Shown here: positions 52,968 through 61,201 of the stretch, piece by piece | Numbering within the stretch: the first letter of the stretch is position 1 | Layout: every line of letters starts with the position of its first letter | Assembly: GCA_040753015.1 (NCBI GenBank) | Contig: JBFMHM010000001.1 | Location: forward strand, 147,157 to 211,156 | Direction: 5' to 3' | Length of the DNA stretch: 64,000 nucleotides | Origin: Candidatus Omnitrophota bacterium | GTDB taxonomy: Bacteria > Omnitrophota > Gorgyraeia > Gygaellales > JBFMHM01 | Made by a program: the position numbers and the translations under genes | The notes under the pieces: model-generated | Database searches by the model: none | What the model saw: the letters and a program-made list of their open reading frames with translations, nothing else | Told to the model about the DNA's origin: nothing

Positions 52968-53375
52968 TTATTTTAATTCTACTTTTGCGCCTGCAGCTTC
53001 TAATTTTTTCTTTATTTCTTCAGCTTCTTCTTTAGAAACACCATCTTTAACATTCTTTGGAGCAGCATCAACTAAATCTTTTGCTTCTTTCAAACCTAAA
53101 TTAGTAATAGCCCTAATTTCCTTAATAACATTTATCTTATTTGCACCGGCATTAGCTAAAACTACTGTAAAGGTAGTTTTCTCTTCGGGTGCGCTAGCTG
53201 TGCCACCTGATGCCCCACTGCCTAATGCTGCGCCACCCATCATTGGCATAGCAGCTTGCACGCCGAATTTATCTTCCAGAGCTTTAATTAAATCTGAAAG
53301 CTCAACAACAGTTAAACCTTCAATACTTTTTGCAATATCAGCTAGTTTTCCTTCTAATTGTGATGTTTGACTCAT
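52968..53375 (-). CDS. rplL: 50S ribosomal protein L7/L12
   Basis: 135 aa with an Ala/Gly hinge and conserved CTD. Confidence 0.95.
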   Translation of the reverse strand: MSQTSQLEGKLADIAKSIEGLTVVELSDLIKALEDKFGVQAAMPMMGGAALGSGASGGTASAPEEKTTFTVVLANAGANKINVIKEIRAITNLGLKEAKDLVDAAPKNVKDGVSKEEAEEIKKKLEAAGAKVELK

Positions 53376-53908
53376 TTTATTCCTCCTTTATCTTTTGCTT
53401 CTTTAATTGCTTTTAATACTAAAATAACTTTTGAAATATTTTGATTTAACACGCCGGCTAATCTAAATAAAGGTGATTTTAATTGCATTACAACCTTTGC
53501 CTGCAAGTCTTTTTTAGAAGATAATTTAGACAAAGAAATAACTGCTTCTTTATCAAGAAATTTATCTTTAATCAATCCCCCTTTAATACTAAACACCTCG
53601 TGATCTTTTTGAAAATCTGTAAGGACCTTAGTAACTTTAATGGGGTCATCGTTTGTAAATACAAAAGCGCAACTGCCTAATATTATATTATTAATATTAT
53701 TATTTTTCCCTTCTAATGCTTTTCTGACTATCCTGTTTTTTGTAACAAAAACTGATGCGTTTTTATCTTTTAAAGACTGGCGCAAACTTGATACATCGCA
53801 AGCAACAATTTTGTCAAAACCAATCACAAAAAGATTCTCGTTATTTTTAAAGTTATCGCTAACTTTTTCTTTAAGTAATTTGCGGTATATTTGGCCTATT
53901 CTTTCCAT
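53372..53908 (-). CDS. rplJ: 50S ribosomal protein L10
   Basis: 178 aa, L10. Confidence 0.9.
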   Translation of the reverse strand: MERIGQIYRKLLKEKVSDNFKNNENLFVIGFDKIVACDVSSLRQSLKDKNASVFVTKNRIVRKALEGKNNNINNIILGSCAFVFTNDDPIKVTKVLTDFQKDHEVFSIKGGLIKDKFLDKEAVISLSKLSSKKDLQAKVVMQLKSPLFRLAGVLNQNISKVILVLKAIKEAKDKGGIK

Positions 53909-53909
53909 T

Positions 53910-54590
53910 CTAAAGTAATAATTTTAATCCCGGCCCCATAGTAGTCGAGATTGACGCGCTTTTAATAAAATTCCCTTTTACAGATTGAGGACGAGAAGCA
54001 ATTACAGCGTCGATTATAGATTTAGCATTCTCGTTTAATTTTTCTTCTCCGAAAGAAATTTTACCTACAGATACGTGTATATCTGCTTGTTTATCTAACT
54101 TAAATTCTACTTTTCCCTTTTTAAATTCTTGTATTGCACCTGCTATATTCATAGTAACAGTTCCAGTCTTTGGAGAAGGCATTAGATTTCTTGGGCCAAG
54201 GACTTTTCCAAGCTTAGATACATCCTTCATTAAATCAGGGGTTGCAATTGCACAATCAAAACCAAGAAACCCTTTATTAACTTTTTCAATCAAATCTTCT
54301 GCTCCGATGTAATCTGCGCCTGCTTGTTTTGCCTGCTTCTCAATTTCGCCTTTACAGAATACCGCGATTTTTATCGTCTTACCTGTACCATGAGGCAAAA
54401 CTACAGTGCCTCTTATCATTTGATCGGATTTTTTAGGATCAACATTTAAATCAAAAGATAAATCAACACTTTCATTAAATTTCGCCTTTGGGCTATTTTT
54501 TAAAATTTTTATCGCCTCATCTAAAGAATATAATTTTGTACGATCTATATCTTTATATGCTGCGTTAATTCTTTTAGCTGATTTTGCCAT
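53910..54590 (-). CDS. rplA: 50S ribosomal protein L1
   Basis: Start chosen at MAKSAKR (ATG ending at 54590). The track ORF extends 15 codons upstream into rplK. Confidence 0.9.
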   Translation of the reverse strand: MAKSAKRINAAYKDIDRTKLYSLDEAIKILKNSPKAKFNESVDLSFDLNVDPKKSDQMIRGTVVLPHGTGKTIKIAVFCKGEIEKQAKQAGADYIGAEDLIEKVNKGFLGFDCAIATPDLMKDVSKLGKVLGPRNLMPSPKTGTVTMNIAGAIQEFKKGKVEFKLDKQADIHVSVGKISFGEEKLNENAKSIIDAVIASRPQSVKGNFIKSASISTTMGPGLKLLL

Positions 54591-54591
54591 C

Positions 54592-55020
54592 TTAACCTTC
54601 AACCGTAATACCCATAGAACGGGCAGTCCCTTCAATTATTTTTATTGCTTGATCTAAATTCTTAGTATTTAAATCTTGCATCTTTTGTTTTGCAATTTCA
54701 ATTATTTGTTTACGATTTACAGATGCAATCTTTTCTTTACCAGCTTGCCCAGATGCTTTTGCTAAATTACAAACCCTCTTTAATAATACCGATGATGGCG
54801 GAGTTTTAATTATAAAATCGAAACTCTTATCTTGATAAACATTAATTATAACGGGTAAGATTAAACCACCTTTATCTTTTGTCTGCTCGTTAAATGATTT
54901 ACAAAATTGCATAATGTTAACGCCGTGCTGGCCAAGCGCCGGGCCAACAGGAGGCGCAGGATTTGCCGCACCTGCGGGAACATGAAGTTTTACTATTGCT
55001 GTTACTGGTTTTTTTGCCAT
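54592..55020 (-). CDS. rplK: 50S ribosomal protein L11
   Basis: 142 aa with the PPVGPALG motif. Confidence 0.95.
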   Translation of the reverse strand: MAKKPVTAIVKLHVPAGAANPAPPVGPALGQHGVNIMQFCKSFNEQTKDKGGLILPVIINVYQDKSFDFIIKTPPSSVLLKRVCNLAKASGQAGKEKIASVNRKQIIEIAKQKMQDLNTKNLDQAIKIIEGTARSMGITVEG

Positions 55021-55023
55021 TCT

Positions 55024-55557
55024 TTATACCTTCTCAACTTGCCAATATTCTAGCTCTACTGGCGTAGATCTGCCAAAAATTGAAACACTAGCTTTTAACT
55101 TGCCTTTATCCGGGCTAACCTCTTCAATAACACCACTGAAATTCACAAATGGCCCATTAGTTATTCTTATTGCTTCGCCCTTTGCAAAGATTACTTTTGG
55201 CGCAGGCTTAGATTCAGATACAACACTTTTTCTCTTAATTTCTTCTACTTCTTTATCTCCCAGCGGCGAAGGTTTTTTACCCATACCAATAAAACCTGTT
55301 ACACCGGAAGTATTTTTAACAACCAAATATGTCTCTTCGTTTAATTCCAGCTCAACTAAAATATAACCCGGAAAAAATTTTCTTTTAGAAATAGATTTCT
55401 TTCCATGGCGGATTTCCGCAATCTGTTCAGTAGGAATAAGTATCTGGCCAATGTAATCTTTTAATCCTGGCGTAGAAAAACTTTTTTCTAATTTTGATTT
55501 TACTTTATCTTCTAAACCGGTTTGTGTATGAACAATATACCACTTCTTCATTATCAT
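55024..55557 (-). CDS. nusG: transcription termination/antitermination factor NusG
   Basis: N-terminus WYIVHTQTGLEDKV and a C-terminal KOW domain. Confidence 0.9.
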   Translation of the reverse strand: MIMKKWYIVHTQTGLEDKVKSKLEKSFSTPGLKDYIGQILIPTEQIAEIRHGKKSISKRKFFPGYILVELELNEETYLVVKNTSGVTGFIGMGKKPSPLGDKEVEEIKRKSVVSESKPAPKVIFAKGEAIRITNGPFVNFSGVIEEVSPDKGKLKASVSIFGRSTPVELEYWQVEKV

Positions 55558-55745
55558 TATCTTTTAATCATTAAACTTAATGCCTTTGAAAAAGTAAGAT
55601 CTAATATACCTATATATATAGCAAGAAATGCCGTGCTTATAATTATAATCATCGTTGAAGCCTTAAGCTCATCCTTCGTTGACCAAGAAACTTTACTAAG
55701 CTCGACCTTAACTTCAGTAACAAATTTTTTTATTTTAGCAAACAT
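55557..55745 (-). CDS. secE: preprotein translocase subunit SecE
   Basis: 62 aa with a single TM segment. Lies immediately upstream of nusG. Confidence 0.85.
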   Translation of the reverse strand: MFAKIKKFVTEVKVELSKVSWSTKDELKASTMIIIISTAFLAIYIGILDLTFSKALSLMIKR

Positions 55746-55793
55746 TTATTTTCTTTCAATTATCCCTTTATTAATTAGCCGCATTAAATTTAA

Positions 55794-55864
55794 CAGGAGC
55801 GGCAGGGCTCGAACCTGCAGTCCTGGTTTTGGAGACCAGTGGTTTCCCATTAACCGACGCTCCT
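55794..55864 (-). tRNA. trnW: tRNA-Trp (anticodon CCA)
   Basis: Minus-strand cloverleaf folded by hand. Acceptor AGGAGCG/CGCTCCT, D arm GGTT-AATGGGA-AACC. Anticodon arm CTGGT-CTCCAAA-ACCAG, T arm GCAGG-TTCGAGC-CCTGC. Discriminator G. No CCA encoded. Confidence 0.85.
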
Positions 55865-55879
55865 AACAGGCTGCCCTTA

Positions 55880-56029
55880 CTATTTTATTTCTTTATGCTG
55901 TGTATGCTTATGACAAAATTTACAAAACTTTTTTAATTCTAATCTACCAACTTGTTTCTTTTTATTTCTTGTATTAGTATAATTTCTATTTTTACAATCT
56001 GAACATTCTAAAGTTATAATTTCTCGCAT
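55880..56029 (-). CDS. rpmG: 50S ribosomal protein L33 (zinc-ribbon type)
   Basis: Not in the ORF track (49 aa). Translation: [52 protein letters not shown] stop at 55880..55882. Confidence 0.85.
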   Translation of the reverse strand: MREIITLECSDCKNRNYTNTRNKKKQVGRLELKKFCKFCHKHTQHKEIK

Positions 56030-56049
56030 TTTTTTATTTTTATTTTTTA

Positions 56050-56122
56050 AGCTGGAGACGGGAATCGAACCCGTGACCCCGTCCTTACCAAGGACGTGCT
56101 CTGCCGACTGAGCTACCCCAGC
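56050..56122 (-). tRNA. trnT: tRNA-Thr (anticodon GGT)
   Basis: Minus strand reads GCTGGGGTAGCTCAGTCGGCAGAGCACGTCCTTGGTAAGGACGGGGTCACGGGTTCGATTCCCGTCTCCAGC plus discriminator T. Standard cloverleaf. Confidence 0.85.
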
Positions 56123-56195
56123 GCAAGATATTTAATCTTACGCATATATAATAATTATCTTAAGTTATTTATTACGGGGGAGCAATAAAATAAGT

Positions 56196-56224
56196 AGTAT
56201 AATTGATTGGTAAATAGTTGTCAA
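56196..56224 (-). promoter_or_regulatory. sigma70-type promoter (TTGACA, 17-nt spacer, TATACT) for the tRNA-Thr/rpmG/tRNA-Trp/secE/nusG/ribosomal-protein/rpoBC gene string
   Basis: Minus strand reads tttatcTTGACAactatttaccaatcaatTATACTactta. This is about 70 nt upstream of the tRNA-Thr 5' end. Confidence 0.55.
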
Positions 56225-56261
56225 GATAAATTTTGATAAATTTTGAAATTATTATAAAAAA

Positions 56262-56612
56262 TTAATATGTTATTTGCACAGCTAAAGATCTGTTATTTAA
56301 GGGACTCTGGCTATTATAATTAATATCAGCAGAAATCATATTATTTCCAGCTATCTGTTCATCTTCGCGATTACGCACTATCGGGTCACCTTCGAGCGAA
56401 TCAACATTGAAATTAGGATTTATTCTCAATCCATCAATAGCGCGCCACATTAAACCTTCAGCAGTGTACATTGCTTTTATACGTCTTACCTGGCTTTCTA
56501 CAAGTCGAGCCTGAGAAGTCATAAGAGTCAAAGAAACCCCCGCGATAATTGTAAGTATAGTTATAGAAATAAGTACAGTAACTAATGCTATAGCTTTTTT
56601 ATTATTTTGCAT
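56262..56612 (-). CDS. PilX/GspK-like minor (pseudo)pilin-type protein
   Basis: 116 aa. N-terminus KKAIALVTVLISITILTIIAGVSLTLMTSQARLVESQ...AEGLMWRAI resembles the PilX N-terminal domain. Confidence 0.35.
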   Translation of the reverse strand: MQNNKKAIALVTVLISITILTIIAGVSLTLMTSQARLVESQVRRIKAMYTAEGLMWRAIDGLRINPNFNVDSLEGDPIVRNREDEQIAGNNMISADINYNSQSPLNNRSLAVQITY

Positions 56613-56821
56613 TAATTCTCCTGTTTTCTTAAAATAACTTTGTAACTATTCACATGCTGCCTCAAGACTACATGGCCTTCTCTTGCAAGCCAGCCTAACC
56701 CCATCAATATAGTATCTCGCGGTTTATCTATAGATGAACAAATTGTATTGAATTCCGACTCTCCGTGTTCATCTAGATATCGCCATATCTCACCGGCAAC
56801 AATCCCTATCTCAGTAATCAT
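56612..56821 (-). CDS. small (69 aa) winged-helix-like protein
   Basis: Start overlaps the stop of the downstream pilin-like gene. No recognisable catalytic motif. Confidence 0.3.
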   Translation of the reverse strand: MITEIGIVAGEIWRYLDEHGESEFNTICSSIDKPRDTILMGLGWLAREGHVVLRQHVNSYKVILRKQEN

Positions 56822-57048
56822 TTTTCTTCCCCTCCTTTATAATAACTTTTACACCGCGGACAGATTAATGAATTCTCTTTTTGATCTATCTGCCAAATAT
56901 GCATACAAATATCACAAGCTGCGTAACTTTGCTTTCTAGTAGCCTGCCTGCTTTGTTTTAAAAAAGAAAGTAACCATAATATAATAAATAATCCGATAAA
57001 TAAAAAAATATAGATCCCGGCAAATACTGAAAAATTAATTTTTAACAT
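56818..57048 (-). CDS. membrane-anchored zinc-ribbon protein
   Basis: 76 aa. N-terminal TM helix followed by CDIC...CPRC. Confidence 0.4.
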   Translation of the reverse strand: MLKINFSVFAGIYIFLFIGLFIILWLLSFLKQSRQATRKQSYAACDICMHIWQIDQKENSLICPRCKSYYKGGEEK

Positions 57049-57655
57049 TAATCAGCTCACACAAATTTATTTTTTTAATCTTTGGGTTTTTGCTAAATCC
57101 AGGATAAAAAATATAATTTAAACAATGTTCCCGAATTAATAAATCCGACTCAAGACTACCGGTTGATTCCAACCTTTGGACAAATTCAACTCTGCCGTTT
57201 TTTGCTATATCCAATCTAACTTTCATAAAATTCGACGGGATATTATTATTCAAAGAAAGCAAAGTTTGTTTTTTTATTGGTTCATATATCAAAGAGCTTG
57301 ATAATTTATATTTATTAATTATATCATTTTCTTTATGCTTTGCTAAAAAAATATTTTTTTCTAAATACTTATCTGTAATTATTGGTTTTTTTATTTTTGA
57401 ACCTACGTATAGATTATCAAAGGAAACATTTATTTTTTTTATAAAAAAATCATCTAGCATTAAATTTCTTTCTTGCCTAATATTTTTACTAGAAATATTT
57501 GAATTTAAAAAATCAATTTTTGATAAGAATGACCCTAAGAACCTGACTTCGTAATGTCTTGAATATGTGTCTGGCAGACTAAATCCGATTATTATAAAAC
57601 ATATACTATGGCAAACTAAAGATATAATAATAGCACTCTTAAATAAATGCGCCAT
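57035..57655 (-). CDS. TonB/TolA-like membrane-anchored protein (divergent)
   Basis: N-terminal TM segment. C-terminal VRLDIAKNGRVEFVQRLESTGSLESDLLIREHCLNYIFYPGF resembles a TonB C-terminal domain. Lies immediately after exbB-exbD. Confidence 0.4.
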   Translation of the reverse strand: MAHLFKSAIIISLVCHSICFIIIGFSLPDTYSRHYEVRFLGSFLSKIDFLNSNISSKNIRQERNLMLDDFFIKKINVSFDNLYVGSKIKKPIITDKYLEKNIFLAKHKENDIINKYKLSSSLIYEPIKKQTLLSLNNNIPSNFMKVRLDIAKNGRVEFVQRLESTGSLESDLLIREHCLNYIFYPGFSKNPKIKKINLCELINVKN

Positions 57656-57658
57656 ATA

Positions 57659-58054
57659 TTAATATGTAGTTGCAATATTTAGCTGTTCGATCCCCGAATC
57701 CCGGCAAATATCCCAAACCTCTACAACTCTACCCAAAGACACTCTCTTGTCTGCTTTTATCAAAACAGTTGAATTCTTGCCAAGTTTTTTTAAAAATTCT
57801 TTTAATTCATTAATACTAAATATTTTATTTTCTAAATAAATTATATTCTCGCTAGAAATCATTATAATTATATTTTTATCTTGTAATATAGAACTCGTTA
57901 CGGCTTTGGGTAATTTAACTTTAATCCCCGGCTGAACTACAAAATTAGATGTCAAAAGAAAAAATATTAAAAGCTGAAATACTACATCCACAAGCGGAGC
58001 AATGTCAATTTGCTTTAAACCATGTTCTAGATGTAATCTGCTTCTAAAATGCAT
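57659..58054 (-). CDS. biopolymer transport protein ExbD/TolR (second copy)
   Basis: 131 aa with motif IAPLVDVVFQLLIFFLL. Confidence 0.85.
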   Translation of the reverse strand: MHFRSRLHLEHGLKQIDIAPLVDVVFQLLIFFLLTSNFVVQPGIKVKLPKAVTSSILQDKNIIIMISSENIIYLENKIFSINELKEFLKKLGKNSTVLIKADKRVSLGRVVEVWDICRDSGIEQLNIATTY

Positions 58055-58059
58055 ACTAT

Positions 58060-58689
58060 TTATTTAAGTAAAAAATTAACTAATTCGGTTGAGCTACGCT
58101 CCATCTCAACAATATAATGCTTCACCTTTGTTACCATAAAGTTATAAGCAACGTATGCCGGAATAGCAACAATTAGCCCGGCAACTGTTGTAATTAATGC
58201 CTCCCAAATACCGCCGGCTAGATCTACCGGGTTTACCGCAACTGCCTTCGCTTCAATCGTCTGAAAACACCTGACCATACCGGTAACTGTTCCAAGCAAT
58301 CCTAAAAGCGGAGATATATGAGCAAGTGTAGCAAGAAAGGATAGGTTTTTTTCTAAATTAGGTATTTCAAAACTTGCAGCATCTTCAATTGCTTCTCTAA
58401 TATCTTCCTTATTATGATCATATTTTAGGATCCCTGCCTTAAGAATTTTTGCAATAGGCGAAGGAGTCCTGTCGCATATATCTATAGCTTCTCTTATTTG
58501 ATGTTTAATTAATTTATCCTTAATTAAATTTAAAAAATTATCTCCATCAATCTTTATCAAACTGAAATAGATAAGGCGCTCGAGAATTATAGCAAAAGCA
58601 AGCACTGAACATAGTATAATAGGCCACATTACTACCCCGCCTTTGATAATCCAATCCCACATACAATCCTCCCAATTTTTTAATAACAA
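58060..58689 (-). CDS. MotA/TolQ/ExbB family protein (second copy)
   Basis: 209 aa with the LAGGIWEALITTVAGL motif. Confidence 0.85.
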   Translation of the reverse strand: MLLKNWEDCMWDWIIKGGVVMWPIILCSVLAFAIILERLIYFSLIKIDGDNFLNLIKDKLIKHQIREAIDICDRTPSPIAKILKAGILKYDHNKEDIREAIEDAASFEIPNLEKNLSFLATLAHISPLLGLLGTVTGMVRCFQTIEAKAVAVNPVDLAGGIWEALITTVAGLIVAIPAYVAYNFMVTKVKHYIVEMERSSTELVNFLLK

Positions 58690-58720
58690 CTATTAATTAT
58701 AGCTTAAAAAAAGAATAAAT

Positions 58721-61201
58721 CTATTTATTCTTTAATAAACTATTGATCCAATTAATTTTTTCTTTTGCAAATTTTGCTTCTTCAAAATCCATACCCGATA
58801 TTTTATTATAAATATTCTTTGCTTGAAGCCATTCTTCTTTTTCTTCAAATAACTTTGCTGCGCGAAGCAAAGATTTCAAAACTAGCACCCTATCATCAGA
58901 ATAGCTATAACTTATTGATAGATATTCTTTTATTGCACTAGAAAAATCTTCTTTTTCTTCAAAGCATTCGGCGATTTGAAATTCAATATAAGGATCGACA
59001 ACCTGATCCTGCAGTTTTCGATAAATTTCCATAGCTTTATCGGTATTATTTTGTTTTCGGTATACATCAGCAAGCTTCAGATAGATTAATTTAGAAAATT
59101 CACTATTATACTCAAGCAATCTACTGTATTCTTGTACGGCTTCCTTAGTCTTACCCTCTTCAGCTTTAATATCAATTAAAGCAATTTGCGCAAGAACTGA
59201 GTTTTTATCTCTATAATCTGCCTTAAGTTTAATAAATATTTTTTTCGCTTCATCAAGATTACCTTCTTGTACATAGGAATATCCGATGTTGTAATAACTT
59301 TCTGAAATAAGCGGGCTTTTCGGATATTTTTCAATTAGACTAAAAAAATATCTACGCGCAAAACTAAACTTAAGTTCTTTTAGAAAATATTCTCCCAGCC
59401 AAAACAAGACATCATCAGCTAAGAATGAATCGGGATAGCGTGCGTTTAAGGCACGGAACCGCCTGAGCGCTTCTTTTTCATCGGAAAGCCTAAGATAGCA
59501 ATCAGCAAGCTCGTATTCCGTTTTGACTAATAAATCATTATCTAGTTTTTTTTCTTTTAAAAGATTTTTAAATATCCTAATAGCTTCGGTAAAATTGGAT
59601 TGGTTATAAAAACTAATACCTGCTAAATATAATGCTTCATACCTTAATTTGCTATCAGGAAAATCCTGATATAAGCTTAAGAAACATTCTTTACTTTTTA
59701 AAAAATCCCCTTCTTTAAAATAAGTGAGGCCTAAAGAATATAAACCTGAATCTCTTAATTTAGAATTTGGAAAATCAGAAATAAGCTTACTAAATGCCAA
59801 AATAGCAGAATCATATTTTTCGGATTTTAATAATGCTACGCCCAATTGATATTGAACATAGTCACTGTAAAAATTATCCGGATAATCCTTAAGAATTTTA
59901 TCATACTTTTCTATTGCTTCGTCAAAATCACCTTGATCCTGATAGGTATCAGCTAATTGACATAATGCGCTTACCTTAATCACTTTATTCGAAGACTCTT
60001 TAATTACTTTTTGAAATTCAGTAATTGCATCTTTAAAATTACCCAACTTTAGATATACCCATGCAAGGCCGTAATACAACTTATCGAGATCAAAACTAGA
60101 TTTATCTGAAAATTTCTTAAGCGCATCCCTATAAACCGAAACTGCCTCGTTAAACCTTGAAGAATTATATAAAAGCTCTCCCTTTGCAACATATGCTTCG
60201 AATAAAACATTATTATCTTTTGATCCAATAATAAGCGAATCGAATAAATCCTTTGCCTCATCTACTTTTTGGGTCTTTGAATAAAGAACTGCTCTACCTA
60301 AAATTAAGCTTTCCTTATTTTTTTGTTCCAAAATTTCCTTATTTACTTTTGCAAATGCTTTATCAGCATCATCAAATTTTTCATTTTTTAAATAAATCCA
60401 ACCAAGGCCTAAATTGCTGCATGATTCTAAAAACTCATCTCCTTGATTAATATTTAAACATAAATTGAAGTCTCTAACCGCATCGCTTAAATTACCTAAA
60501 TAATAATTTAATTCTGCTCGATAATAATAGATATAATTTAATTTTTTGCTTTTAGAATATATTTCTAGAAATTCATTAATGGATAAAGAAAGGTTTTTAA
60601 AATCTTTCAGATTATAAAAACTCTCAATTATTTTAAAACTCGCCTCTTGAGATAACGGCGAATCGGGAAACTGTTCTTTTATATATGTAAAAATATTAAT
60701 TGCATCTTTATAGTTATCATTTATATAAGCACAGAATCCATTAGAATAATAAGCATCGGCTCTATATTTTGATTGAGGAAATTCGAAAATTAATTTTTGA
60801 TAATAATACGAAGCATTCTTGTAATCTCTTGTTTTAAAATATGTTTCGGCAATCCAATATAAAATTTCATCTCTTATTGTATTTGCCTCGGCTATACCCA
60901 TAATCCTTTGGAATTTGTCCAAGCTTTCTTGATATCTTTTCTGAAAAAAAAGAGATTTTGCAATATAGAGCGATACGGCTAATTTCTGGTTACTGTAGGG
61001 ATAATCGATCAGAAATTCTTCAAATAAATTAAGCGAAGTATCATAGAATCCATCTTCGAATGCTTTTTGTGCTACAAAAAAATCTTTTTCCTCCTGTGGT
61101 AAATTCTGAGCGAATGAATGTAGAGACCTTATATTTTGAATCTCTATAAAAATAAATAATAGAATAAAAATTATAAAAAATCTTCGAATGCTAACCATCA
61201 T
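58721..61201 (-). CDS. large secreted tetratricopeptide-repeat (TPR) protein
   Basis: 826 aa. Signal peptide followed by many TPR-like units (repeated Y...A...F..L...P.S). Confidence 0.7.
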   Translation of the reverse strand: MMVSIRRFFIIFILLFIFIEIQNIRSLHSFAQNLPQEEKDFFVAQKAFEDGFYDTSLNLFEEFLIDYPYSNQKLAVSLYIAKSLFFQKRYQESLDKFQRIMGIAEANTIRDEILYWIAETYFKTRDYKNASYYYQKLIFEFPQSKYRADAYYSNGFCAYINDNYKDAINIFTYIKEQFPDSPLSQEASFKIIESFYNLKDFKNLSLSINEFLEIYSKSKKLNYIYYYRAELNYYLGNLSDAVRDFNLCLNINQGDEFLESCSNLGLGWIYLKNEKFDDADKAFAKVNKEILEQKNKESLILGRAVLYSKTQKVDEAKDLFDSLIIGSKDNNVLFEAYVAKGELLYNSSRFNEAVSVYRDALKKFSDKSSFDLDKLYYGLAWVYLKLGNFKDAITEFQKVIKESSNKVIKVSALCQLADTYQDQGDFDEAIEKYDKILKDYPDNFYSDYVQYQLGVALLKSEKYDSAILAFSKLISDFPNSKLRDSGLYSLGLTYFKEGDFLKSKECFLSLYQDFPDSKLRYEALYLAGISFYNQSNFTEAIRIFKNLLKEKKLDNDLLVKTEYELADCYLRLSDEKEALRRFRALNARYPDSFLADDVLFWLGEYFLKELKFSFARRYFFSLIEKYPKSPLISESYYNIGYSYVQEGNLDEAKKIFIKLKADYRDKNSVLAQIALIDIKAEEGKTKEAVQEYSRLLEYNSEFSKLIYLKLADVYRKQNNTDKAMEIYRKLQDQVVDPYIEFQIAECFEEKEDFSSAIKEYLSISYSYSDDRVLVLKSLLRAAKLFEEKEEWLQAKNIYNKISGMDFEEAKFAKEKINWINSLLKNK

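Noticed and set aside
52954-53370. 138-aa plus-strand ORF
   Set aside because: Exactly antisense to rplL. The Ala/Lys/Glu-rich codons of L7/L12 generate a long stop-free antisense frame. No RBS or independent support.
54591-54635. Upstream in-frame start proposed by the ORF track for rplA
   Set aside because: It would overlap 45 nt of rplK. The canonical L1 N-terminus MAKSAKR begins at 54590.
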